43,355 nucleotides of DNA from Octopus bimaculoides (taxonomy: Eukaryota). Under the pieces are notes generated by a model that saw nothing but the letters and a program-made list of their open reading frames with translations, did not search any database and was not told where the DNA came from. The translations under genes were made by a program, and so were the position numbers. The stretch lies in assembly GCF_001194135.2 (NCBI RefSeq), contig NC_068988.1, positions 78,712,983 through 78,756,337 on the forward strand. Direction: 5' to 3'. Numbering within the stretch: the first letter of the stretch is position 1; each line of letters begins with the position of its first letter. Below are positions 14,681 through 26,409 of the stretch, piece after piece.

Positions 14681-16088
14681 TAATGACTGTGATTGTTTGC
14701 TTATGATCATGGTGGCATTGTGACATTGTAAGTGGTACAACAGTGGTAGTGGAGGTGAAAATGGTGGAGAATGATGATGAGGAGGAGGAGAATGAAGATG
14801 AGAGTGTCCGTACTAGCGATTGTGCTGGTGGAACCATGGGGCGGTGGTTATCAGTTGTTTGTTTTTCTGTCACTTTTGGTATTTCGTGATTTTTAAAAAT
14901 TTGTTTTACATTCTATATTGCATTGTGTTTTAATTTTGCTGTTTTCTTTTGTATTGTGTTCCGTCGCCATTTTGATGCGTTCAGACTGTAATTTGTCGAC
15001 GTGCGAATTCTCGCTAAACTCAATTCTGCTACAAAGAACAGCAATGAAATGCTGCAGCTTTCCATGTTTTATTGAGGCTTGCGTGAGAAGAACGGTGAAT
15101 GAGGAAAAGATAGTGTTTTTGTTAGAGTTTGTGTGTTTGTGCGTGTGCGTGTGTGTGAGTGAGAGAGAGAGAAAGAAAGAGAAAGAAAATGTGTATGTGN
15201 NNNNNNNNNNNNNNNNNNNNNNNNNNNNNNNNNNNNNNNNNNNNNNNNNNNNNNNNNNNNNNNNNNNNNNNNNNNNNNNNNNNNNNNNNNNNNNNNNNNN
15301 NNNNNNNNNNNNNNNNNNNNNNNNNNNNNNNNNNNNNNNNNNNNNNNNNNNNNNNNNNNNNNNNNNNNNNNNNNNNNNNNNNNNNNNNNNNNNNNNNNNN
15401 NNNNNNNNNNNNNNNNNNNNNNNNNNNNNNNNNNNNNNNNNNNNNNNNNNNNNNNNNNNNNNNNNNNNNNNNNNNNNNNNNNNNNNNNNNNNNNNNNNNN
15501 NNNNNNNNNNNNNNNNNNNNNNNNNNNNNNNNNNNNNNNNNNNNNNNNNNNNNNNNNNNNNNNNNNNNNNNNNNNNNNNNNNNNNNNNNNNNNNNNNNNN
15601 NNNNNNNNNNNNNNNNNNNNNNNNNNNNNNNNNNNNNNNNNNNNNNNNNNNNNNNNNNNNNNNNNNNNNNNNNNNNNNNNNNNNNNNNNNNNNNNNNNNN
15701 NNNNNNNNNNNNNNNNNNNNNNNNNNNNNNNNNNNNNNNNNNNNNNNNNNNNNNNNNNNNNNNNNNNNNNNNNNNNNNNNNNNNNNNNNNNNNNNNNNNN
15801 NNNNNNNNNNNNNNNNNNNNNNNNNNNNNNNNNNNNNNNNNNNNNNNNNNNNNNNNNNNNNNNNNNNNNNNNNNNNNNNNNNNNNNNNNNNNNNNNNNNN
15901 NNNNNNNNNNNNNNNNNNNNNNNNNNNNNNNNNNNNNNNNNNNNNNNNNNNNNNNNNNNNNNNNNNNNNNNNNNNNNNNNNNNNNNNNNNNNNNNNNNNN
16001 NNNNNNNNNNNNNNNNNNNNNNNNNNNNNNNNNNNNNNNNNNNNNNNNNNNNNNNNNNNNNNNNNNNNNNNNNNNNNNNNNNNNNNNN

Positions 16089-16168
<80 letters not shown>

Positions 16169-16644
16169 TTGTGCATATATACATATTTACACATATATAT
16201 AAACATTTTCTTTCTCTTTTTTTCTCTCTATCTCTCTCTCTCACACACACACACACATATATCAATGTATTTGTATGTACGTTTAATTATGCATGAATGT
16301 CTATATGCATATGTGTGTGTATGTGTGCGCGTGCCTTTGTGTATGTATGTGTGTATGTATAAAAAGGGAGAGGAGTAGTGAGAAAGCAAGAGAGAGGTGT
16401 GAGCGGAAGAGATATGAGTGGAAGTCTGCACCTGATAAGTTGAAGTATTATACTTGAATATTTTTGTTGAATAAACAGTAAAATGAAACTACTTGCTTTT
16501 GGGGGTGGGGGGCAAGCAAGCTATTTCATCCTCATTTTCATCATTTTCATAATTCATCTTTTATATATTTATATGTACCCCATTGTCTTATTCTGTCTGT
16601 CCTCTGGTGTCCCCTCTTTATAAAGGTCATGTGCCTAAATAAAA

Positions 16645-16700
16645 GAAATCTGTTACCGTCATCTTTTCGAAGAGATTATATTCTTCTCAGTTGATTTTTG
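16645..16700 (-). ncRNA. Decayed type I hammerhead-like motif at the unit junction
   Basis: Minus strand: aaaatcaa CTGA gaaga-atataatc-tcttc GAAA agatgacg GTA acagattt. Core is incomplete and stem I only partly pairs (aaatc/gattt). Confidence 0.35.
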
Positions 16701-16754
16701 TATCATTACGGATAGGTTGTCCTTTGTTGAAGGTCCTCCCTAGCTGGGTTCAAA

Positions 16755-17990
16755 TTGAAATTGACACCGCCAAAAGAAGTAACAAAAAACAAGAATGAAA
16801 AAATATTGGTTTACGGAACACTTTCATTAACAAGCAGGAAAATTGAAATGGCGAAGGAGGAAGGTTTGGAAGAGTGCTTAAAAGAGATAAGTAGTGTTGA
16901 ATTCTACTGTAGAGGAAGGAAGTTTGGCATATTGGAGGTGCGCTTCACGACTGTGGAGGAGGCAGCAAAGCACTCTGCTGTGACCTTGAAATCGGAAAAA
17001 TGGGCTCTACTGCCAACTTATCTCAGAAAGCGAATACCAAGAGTGAGAATTGGTAGGGTGCCCCCAGAGATCAACGAGATGTGGCTGCTGGTAGCTATAC
17101 TGTTGGACACTAAAGATGACCCTCAAGTGCTGCAGGGGAGCAGTACTAAACAGCTGAATTGGTAGGGATATGGCCTAGAAGTCATACGTGTGGTAGTGGA
17201 GGAAAGACCTCCCACATGCTACCACTACAGAGAGAAGGGCCATATTAAGACAAATCGCTCCCTTCTCGATAACCAAACATCAATGGAGGTGAGACAAGAG
17301 GAAAGCAGTAGCAACGAGAAGCTGAAGGAAAATACAGAGGAGGTAGATACGGATGAAGTCCAAGAAGCACAGAACAGGAAGAGGAAAGACATCAAGTACT
17401 CCCCACCCCCAAAGAACTAAAAAAAAATCCAAGAAAAAACTGAGTGACACACAAACGTCGACGCAGCAACAAACACACAAGAATATAGCAGACAGCCCAG
17501 AATCCCAACGGAATATACACCACCTCGCACATACAGCCCAGTAAAATATCCGCAAGCACTCACAAACGCTTCAGGTAGGTATACACGAGCAAATTCTGAC
17601 AGTACAGATTCACTAACTGAATACACACAAGCAGACACACAAGAAACACAGAACAATTATAAATATAGAGCATATGTAACACATTATTGGACGAATGCGG
17701 TCATCGAAGAAAAAAATTGGGAAAATGAAGTCAGTAATTAGAGTTATAGAGGCGGATAACATGAGTTCCAGGTATGGAATGCATTTTGATTGACATGAAA
17801 AACTATAGAAAATTGAAAGCAAACTTTGGGACGATGTAAATCCATTAGGGGTAGAGATAAGATATGACCATTTGCCACCTGTGGTGGAATTCGAAAAATT
17901 GAAGTCACTTTGCATTTACAAAACACAGGATTTAAAATAGTGGGAAATATAGTTAAAATGGTACTACTCGGAAGTGGGGTCTTCATTTTT
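16755..17990 (+). pseudogene. gag/LINE-ORF1-like protein: RRM-like N-terminus, decayed CCHC zinc knuckle, low-complexity linker, unknown C-terminal domain
   Basis: GILEVRFTTVEEAAK...PTYLRKRIPRVRIGRVPPEI. CYHYREKGHIKTNR becomes CX2CX4HX4C with two single-base changes (tac>tgc, cgc>tgc). Stops and frameshifts present. No RT or endonuclease motifs seen. Confidence 0.7.
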
Positions 17991-18094
17991 ATATAATTTC
18001 ATTTCATTCGTCCGTTTATGTTTTTTGTCCCCACTTGTGCTGTCTTGTCTGTTCTTGTTCGTCCCATCTGTATAAGGCCTTATGGTCAATAAAA

Positions 18095-18146
18095 GAAATT
18101 GTTACAATCATCTCTGTTTTTGAGTTGTTTGTTAACTTCACTGTTC
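18095..18146 (-). ncRNA. More decayed hammerhead-like motif at the second unit junction
   Basis: Minus strand: cag tgaag tt-aacaaac-aactc AAAAAC agagatgatt GTA acaattt. Supported mainly by its position matching 16645-16700. Confidence 0.22.
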
Positions 18147-18661
18147 GCCGTAAGGTTTCTTCTAAAATAGTTTGTTACTTGCTCGCAGGCTTTGTTTAAT
18201 TATTATTGTTGGTTTCCCATAAAGGAAACGATGTTGAAAAGTTTTATTTGTAAAAATACTGTTATACTGTTATCCTTCCCCAACGGGGAATGATTTATGA
18301 ACTGTTAATTTGTGAACTGTTGTGAACTGTTACACAGTTATTGCGTTCCTATGTTGGAATAGTGTGAAATTTTCTGCCTAAAAAAAAAAAAAATTACGTC
18401 TTCGGTAGAAGAATCTACCAAAAGTAAAAAGAATTTTGCCTCCGTTGTGGGAGGACTTGAAATTATTTCTTTAAAAAAGGAAGATATCCAATCATTCTTC
18501 GGGATGATTTCTGAAAAAGATGGGGAAAGCAAGGTTGCACCTCCCAGTGAAATCATAAATAAAAAATTTAAAAAAGACGAAAAAAAGGTCGTATATAAAA
18601 CATATGACATTATAAACAAGAAGTCTATACGTGCAAGACTCCAGGAGCTCCAACAAAACCT

Positions 18662-18662
<1 letters not shown>

Positions 18663-18741
<79 letters not shown>

Positions 18742-18745
18742 AATA
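18663..18745. repeat. (TAA)n(GAT)n microsatellite at the truncation point of the tandem element
   Basis: Direct reading. Confidence 0.95.
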
Positions 18746-19569
18746 ACTGTTAATGCTTAGAGCTATAAACTACGCGGTAGCATAAAACGATCGTGTTCGA
18801 AAGTTCAAAACAAAAAAAAGAAACAACAAAAAGAAAAGCAAGAAAAGAATTTTCGTTAGAATACATATCTGCTTATCTACCAACATAGGAACTTACATAT
18901 GTACATGCACCATACAAATGCGTGTACATATGTAAGTCGGAACTCGAATTTCAGTGTTGCTAAATTGTTGTAACTGTGGGTGTTTGTATTTGTTTAGAGA
19001 TCTCCTTGAAATAGGGAGGAGCATTGATTTACATTAGTTTCATTGTCCAGAAAGCAAATAATCCTCCAGATCGTATTTATAGAAACAATAACTATTTAAA
19101 CGATTTTATGGCACATTGAGTCTGGTCACGCCCTAGCTGAGCTAACATTGATCTATGTGCGCGCATGTATGTGCATGTTATTCAATAGGCTTCTTACCTA
19201 ATGAAGATGTTGGTTTCTATGATTATAACAAAATTAAGTGATTGCGATGTCTAATTATATTTACAAGCCATGGCATGCGATTTTGTTTTTAAACTACACA
19301 CACAAAACTACACACACAAAACTACACACACAAAACTACACACACACCTATATGCGTGTGAGTGCGTTCGTGTGTATTGATATTATTAGTATTAATATGT
19401 TCACTAGATACCATAGTAGATATCAATACTAATTATATTTTGGTTGTATCTCTCTCTTGCTCCTCTGAGTTTCGGCACTGGTTACGCTAATTGCTCAGTC
19501 AAGTTACGAATTGTAAGTTGCCTGATATCTTATGTACTTAAAAGAGACTGACGCAACGAAAGAAATATA

Positions 19570-19651
<82 letters not shown>

Positions 19652-19657
19652 CTAAAC

Positions 19658-19699
19658 AAAACTGTCCGACGAACGGGAACATGAAACTGTAACAGATTT
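19658..19699 (+). ncRNA. Type I hammerhead ribozyme relic (minimal, PLE-type)
   Basis: aaaactgt CCGACGA acg-ggaa-cat GAAAC t GTA acag-a-tttt. Stem I is 4+4 bp, stem II has a GNRA loop and one mismatch, and there is one core change (U4>C). Confidence 0.55.
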
Positions 19700-19723
19700 T
19701 GTGATATTTTTGCTTCTTTTAAA

Positions 19724-19759
<36 letters not shown>

Positions 19760-19817
19760 ATGCATGTATGTATGTATGTATGTATATATGTATGTATGTA
19801 TGTATACACACACCTTA

Positions 19818-20050
19818 GGGTGGTGCTGGCTGAATTGACAGCACGCCGGACGAAATGCTTAGCGGCATTAGTTCTGAGTTTCAATTCTGCTGAGGTCAAC
19901 TTTGACTTTCATCCTTTCGGGGTTGATAAAATAAGCACCACTTTTTTCCCTGGTATCGATGTAATTGACTTGCCCCTTCCCATTGTGCCTATAGTAGAAA
20001 TTGTTGTTGTTGTTATTATTATTATTATTATTATTAGTAGTAGTAGTAGT
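19818..20050 (+). mobile_element. SINE family B with (TTG/TTA/TAG)n tail
   Basis: gctggctgaattgacagcacgccggacgaaatgcttagcgg...ctttcatcctttcggggttgataaaataag, matching 29905-30100. Confidence 0.88.
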
Positions 20051-20917
20051 ATTTAGTTTACACGTGTGGTGCATGGATTCACAGATGTTTATTGAATTTT
20101 GTTGGAAATGATTTGTTTATTCTCTTTAATTTTTGTTGGGACTTGGAATAAAAATCTGAGAGACCGTACCATGAAGGGACAATTGTTGCAATATTTTTTT
20201 CTTACTTTACTGTCTTTCTTCTCGCTAACGATCACTAGCGGTGCCAATGAGGAGGTGGCAGGAAAACCTCATGTTACTACCGGCTTCATGTGAAAACAAA
20301 AGCTCCAGAAAAACAATAATGCTTACGACAGCGACACTTACAGCAACTACAATGACAATAACACCAGCAGTGGCAGCAACAACAACAATAACATCAGCAG
20401 CAGCAACAGCATCAGTGATAACACTAACGGCAACAACAGTAGCAACACTAACAGAAATATCGCAAACGGCATAGTAAGATGTGACAAGCAACCTTTCGTT
20501 GGCGTGGCGGCAAATCGTCACGCTATCCGTAAATAACAAAGAAGACCGACTGGCGCATGCGAAACAGTTTGTGATGGCGATTGGGAAGAATGCATACATC
20601 GCAATGACAGCCGAAATTCTGGCAACAAACGTCTGGAAAATGATAGTGTTTCGCTGTATATGTCCTAAACCCCAACGCCTAGAAACAATGTTACACGCTC
20701 AGGTGGAAGAAAAGTTGAAATGCATATTAGGAAACGTAGAACTTGTCGTCAAGTGAAGGTATTTCGTGGGTGTAGAGGTCCCCTTCACGAGCGAAGCCTT
20801 CATGCTGAAGCACTCCTTAGTAACAGGGAACTCACTTCTACACCTCTTCAGAAAGAAAGACCTGTCGGGTCAAGATAGAGTTGCACTTTGGTTGAGTGTT
20901 GACTTGAGTCACTTTGC

Positions 20918-21661
20918 ATGGAAGTGATACTCCCCTCAAAGAAATGCAACAGATAGCAACACACTGTTGCGTGTGTAGTGAGAGCTAGCAATGATCTTCA
21001 TGAAGCAGTGTTCCGAGTGACATTACTGCGTTTATTTCGTAAGTTGTAAAATTTGTGTTTTTGTGAACTTGTGTTTGCTGTAGTCTGCGATTTTGTCATT
21101 TACAGGAAGAAAGAGCTAACGTGATATTTTGTGTTAAACTGGGGAAGTCTTCTACAGAAACGGTGCAATGAGCCGTATGTAATGTTTTGAGAATTCATCC
21201 CCAAGGGTCAGACTATCGATCGAGAGTTCTACTGCGTTTGAGGGAGGACATTCAACGAAAGCGACCGGATCTGTGAAGCGCGAAGAATTGGATTCTACGC
21301 AACAATGCACCCTGTCACCGAGCTCTCCCCACTCGTGAGTGTCTCACCAAAAACATGGAATCGCTTCAGCACCCCGACCTCTATTCGCCAGATTTAGCAC
21401 AGGCGGACTTCCATCTCTTTCCCAAGATGAAAATGGAGTCCAAAGGTGGCCGTTTCAATACCGTTGTTGAGATCCAGAGCGTATCGCAGAAGGTCCTCGA
21501 CTCGCTTACGGAAAACGACTTCCAGGACGGATTCCAAAAGTGGGAACGGTGTATTGCTGCGCAAAGTGATTATTTCGAAGGAGATGATGTAAAAATTTAG
21601 GTAACTAAGGTATTTTTTACTAAACATAACTAGTCCACGAACTTTTTGATACCACTTCGTA
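20918..21661 (+). mobile_element. Internally deleted mariner transposon
   Basis: EERANVIFCVKLGKSSTET jumps to EFIPKGQTIDREFYC, then YSPDLAQADFHLFPKMK...YFEGD. Right TIR gaactttttgataccacttcgta; left TIR is only a remnant. Confidence 0.9.
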
Positions 21662-21760
21662 GCATCTTGGGGCTAGTGTCTTCTACTATAGCCTCGGGCC
21701 GACCAAAGCCTTGTGAGTGGATTTGGTTGACGGAAACTGAAAGAAGCCTTTGGTATATAC

Positions 21761-21816
<56 letters not shown>

Positions 21817-22038
21817 ATGTGTGTGTGTCTTTGTGCTTGTGTTCGTCCCCTCACTATCATTTCACAGTCGATGGTTGTGTGTTTATGTCCCTGTAACATA
21901 GTGGTTCGGCAAAGAGACCGATAGAATAAGTACCAGGCTTACAAAGAATAAGTCCTAGGTTCGATCTGTTCCGCTAAAACTCCTTCGGGCGGTGCTCCAG
22001 TATGGCCGCAGTCACACGACTGAAACATGTAAAAGAGT
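21662..22038 (+). mobile_element. 5'-truncated SINE family A with internal (TA)n(TG)n
   Basis: gcatcttgggg..gtgtcttctactatagcctcgggccgaccaaagccttgtgagtggatttgg...ggttcggcaaagagaccg..agaataagtacc, matching 38219-38613. Confidence 0.92.
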
Positions 22039-22187
22039 ATACACACACAAACACACACACACACACAAACAAACAAACAAACACGAGCACACACACACAC
22101 ACACACATACACGTGTATAAATAGCAGTATAGCTGTCTCTGTCTGTCCCTTTCTCTCCTTCCCTCTATCTCTCCCCTCTCTCTCTCC

Positions 22188-22317
<130 letters not shown>

Positions 22318-23867
22318 CACACACATACTTTCGTACATACATATATACATATACTTATATGTATATATATTATTTTAAAGCTGAATTTGTGGAGTCTTTT
22401 TGGCCTTAATGAAATAATGAAATAATATACTCTACCTAAACTATTCCCACTTTGTCTTGTCCCTATGTGCTTACTTGTGCGTGCATATATGTGTGTATGT
22501 GCATGTGTGTATGCGTATGCGTGTGTGTATGCGTGAGTGTGTACGCACGTATGATTGTGTATGAATATATCATACATACAAACATGTATGTACATACATT
22601 CACAAACGCACACACACATACATAGACATAAATGTGAGTATTTGTGCTAAACATTCCATAAGCCATTGCTATTCAAAGATTAACTCATTGTTTTCCCTTC
22701 AATCGGATTTGTAAAATTGTTATTTTATATTTTATTTCTTGTTATTTTCATGAATGTTTTCTTGGTTTTTACTAGAGATCTCGTTCGATAGTTTAACATC
22801 GAATAACATCATTGAATTGCCAACATCACCTCCATCGAGTCTATCGCATGCGCGCGTGCACACGTACACACGAACATACGCACGCAAATGTACACGCGCG
22901 TACACACAAAGGCATAAACTCACGCACGTACACACGAAGCACAGATACGCACATGTACAGACTTTTACCCACACCCTCATTCGCATATACATATACATAT
23001 ATTCATTCACACATATATGCACACACACAGACACGCGCACTAACGCACTTGCACGCGCGCGCACACACACACACACGTACACACACACACACTGAAAGAG
23101 TCCTGAAGCGGTGAACCCAGAGATTAAGTGGAAAGATATTGCTTTCGTTTACTGATAGTGTTCCAGATTTTCGTAGGTCTAAAAAGGAATCTGACGAGTT
23201 TATCTTATTATCTGCAGAAGTTGCTGGCAGGGACCAACAGAGCCAAAAACTTTTGTCAGTAGACATGCAACACAAAAGCTTTCAGGGACACAACAACATC
23301 AACAACAACAACAACAATGCAGCACAGAGATTAGAAAACAAACAACAGCTGTACCGGATGTCACTCAAAGCAGACTTCCGTTTACCGCTTACTCCCCTTT
23401 CCTCCCCGTTCCTCTTTCTCCATTCCATTAGTTCTCTTGTCTCTCCTGTCTCCCTTACTATTTCTTTACCGTTCCTTCTCCCTTCTTTTCTTTCACATTT
23501 CCTCCTTCTACTCCTCCTTCTTCCTTTCTCCTTATGTTCGTTCCTTTCTACTTCTTCTATTTATTAAATCAGAAAGAGAGATGGAGGGAGAGAGAGAGAG
23601 ACAGAGAAAGAAAGACAGAGAGAGAGGCGGAGGGGGAAAAAGGAAGTGTGGCAAAGAGTAAGAATGGGGGAAAAGGTCTATCCGCCAAAATACATGTACA
23701 CCAGCTTTTATTATGTGTGAGTCTGTGTGTGTGCGTGTATGTAGCGTATGTGTGTGGTCGAGTGAGAATACTCACATACAATTATACATTCTACCTACAA
23801 GCATACGCAGACACACACATGCACACACACACACATGTATGTGTGAGAGTCTGTCTATCAATTAGCG

Positions 23868-24060
23868 TTCATCTTTTATTTGTTTCAGTCACTAGACTGC
23901 GGCCATGCTGGGGCACCACCTTGAAGAACGTTTATTCGAATAGTCGACACCAGTACTTATTTTTTAAAAGGCTGGTACTTATTCTACCGGATTGTATGTA
24001 TCGGATCTTTTGCCGAATCACTAGGCTAGAGGAATGGAAACGCGCCAAGGCCAGTTGCGG
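23868..24060 (-). mobile_element. SINE family A, 3' half
   Basis: tttgtttcagtcactagactgcggccatgctggggcaccaccttgaag...ctggtacttattctaccgg..ttttgccgaa. Confidence 0.88.
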
Positions 24061-24376
24061 TGGTGGGGAGGGGGGGACGATCAGAGACATAAGGATACAC
24101 AGACACGAAGATAGACACACGCGCATGCGCGCACACACACACATTACACAGAGGAACAAACATACACGCACATGTATTTATATACACCTATATGTAGTAG
24201 TGCTAAACTGAATTCAAAATTAAACTCTGAATTCTTCATTCAGAGCAAGACCATTATATCAACAGTGGCTATTAAAGAAATCTAAAACGAGTTGATATGT
24301 AATGTAAAGAAACAAAAGCAGGCTTCACACACACGCACAAATTATACATATATAAATATATATACATATATATATG

Positions 24377-24795
24377 TAGGTGCCAGTGTAGTATGTGATC
24401 TACATGCCATTGTGATCTACAGCAACTTAAAACTAGACTAGCTTGTGTTCTACATTAAAAATTCTGTTATAAATTTGTAACTATAATTAGAGGAGTGAGT
24501 TAAACTAGGAGTTCATAGCGTCGGAGAAATTCTATTTCGGCTTTTTCATCTCGAATAACCTGCGTGTAAAATTCTTTTGCTCACATCACGACTTCTTTCA
24601 ATGGGCTCAGGACTAAGTGTTTAAATCATAAAAGTTTCATGGTTTATATACTAAACTAACCGGAAGTCAAGTAAATAGACGTATTTTAAATGTAGATCAA
24701 AACATCGGTGTAGATCACAAAGTACAGCGTTTGAACTAATGTAGATCACAAGCTGTACCAAAAACATGTATGTAGATCACATACTACACCGGCAC

Positions 24796-24798
<3 letters not shown>
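24377..24798. mobile_element. ~420-bp MITE with 29-bp TIRs in a (TA)n tract (Tc1/mariner/pogo-like)
   Basis: Left taggtgccagtgtagtatgtgatctacat versus right atgtagatcacatactacaccggcacctg, followed by TA. Subterminal gtagatca / tgatctac motifs are repeated. Confidence 0.88.
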
Positions 24799-24842
<44 letters not shown>

Positions 24843-25452
24843 GGATAGTGGTACAACAATGCACCAATATTTACTGGAAATAGCAGACGATAATATACGA
24901 CGCTGTATATATGTATAGAATAAAGAATATGAGGGGTTTAGCTCACTTGTGATCCAAAAAAATAGATATGCTGGGTAATTGTTATAGTTGGTCGACCATT
25001 AGGTTCAAAGATCACAGCTAAGGCTGGATCTAGGGATCCGTGTTAGGGTTCCGTTAAAACTTGTATATATTATATTAGAGGAAAAAATCAAAAACAAGGC
25101 AGAACAAGCATCTCAAGCTAGTTAGAATAATTTGATTGAGGTAAAGGTGAATTTGAAGTCCCGCGCACACACACATACACACATATACACCCTCCCTTCA
25201 CTGATAAACACCCGCACTTATACAAACATATGCATATCCATATAAGTGTGCACATGAAAATCGCACATATGCACCAGACACAGTCTTACATTCATATGCA
25301 TACATACACACATATATATACACACACTTACATAATTACAATATATACACATACATATGCATACATTCACACACACGTACACACACCCATATAAAAAGGA
25401 TAAAAATAAAAATATATATATAAAATACAAATATAAAATTAAAAATTAAAAA

Positions 25453-26409
25453 TTAAAAATTAATGGGAGTGAAAGCATGGGAAAGTTTGTGCAGGAAGAT
25501 AGTAGAAATATGGACTCTCAGGTATTTTGTGACACGTGGACATGCCCCAAAGAGTTCAATTCTTGAATTTAAACACGTAGCGGGGTCTAAGGAACTTTTC
25601 CAGATGAGCCATCTTCCCATGTTACAAAGACCGCACCTACCACTACCGTTAGTATAAGGGCTACACTTGGCTAAGATCTTGCAGTAAATACTGTAGTTGA
25701 CACCTTGTTCATTTAAGAACCATATGCAACTGGATAATTTAGTAGTCTTTTGTGTATTCCTGTGTCTAAAGTTTAAGATTTGATTATTAAATCTTGCTTT
25801 AAAATTTCCTTCTGTGAGACCCACATATCTCTGGGGTAAAACTGTATTATTAAATTTGGTGGAATTTACAGTAGCTTCATAAATAATGGCCGCGGTCATA
25901 CAAGTTCCATTTAGTGGACACAAGTCTTTATTCCTGCAAGAACAGTCGACTTTGTGGTGTTGTGTTGTATTGCGCGTGATTATGCTTTTAAAATTTGGTG
26001 TAGAACTACAACTAATTTTTAGGTTATGCTTATTAAATAGTTTTATATTATTGTGATGTATTGGAAAAACTCTATCTATAAATAACAAGAGATATTCACC
26101 TATATTAAAGGTCACTTCGTGGGAGTAAGGGTGTGTGAGCCAGATAATTTTCCTGTGTCTATGTTTCCTTTTCTTTATTTCTGGTCTAATAGTAGGAGTG
26201 TAACCTATTTCCTCTTTAAATCCACTAGGTTTGAGGGCATTGTTATATGGGGGCAGCATTATTAGATATGTTCATATTGGAGGAGAGGCTAGAAATTCTC
26301 CTACTAATATTCATAACTAAATTCTTAAACACTATGCGGGGTGGGTAGCAGGAACGTACATTAATTATAACTACGTCTATCGTTGGGCTTTCTATAGGAT
26401 TTGTATATA
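25453..26409 (-). mobile_element. Penelope-like element: RT thumb/linker plus GIY-YIG endonuclease, cut by N-gap
   Basis: NVRSCYPP..NISRRISSLSSN..NNAAP / YNNALKPSGF, RKIIWL..PYS, CSCRNKDLCPLNGTC, IIYEATV...RYVGLTEGNFKARFNN, CGLC. 268-aa open frame after one frameshift. Confidence 0.95.

Larger units (their letters stand above)
16430..18662 (+). mobile_element. Partial tandem array of a ~1.45-kb retroelement-like unit (3' part, full unit, 5' part) with a gag/ORF1-like pseudogene
   Basis: 16430-16660 aligns by eye with 17880-18110 (both end ...gtccc.tct.tata.agg....aataaaagaaat.tgttac). ORF starts TPPKEVTKNKNEKILVYGT (16761) and APPSEIINKKFKKDEKKVVYKT (18535) are similar. Confidence 0.75.
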
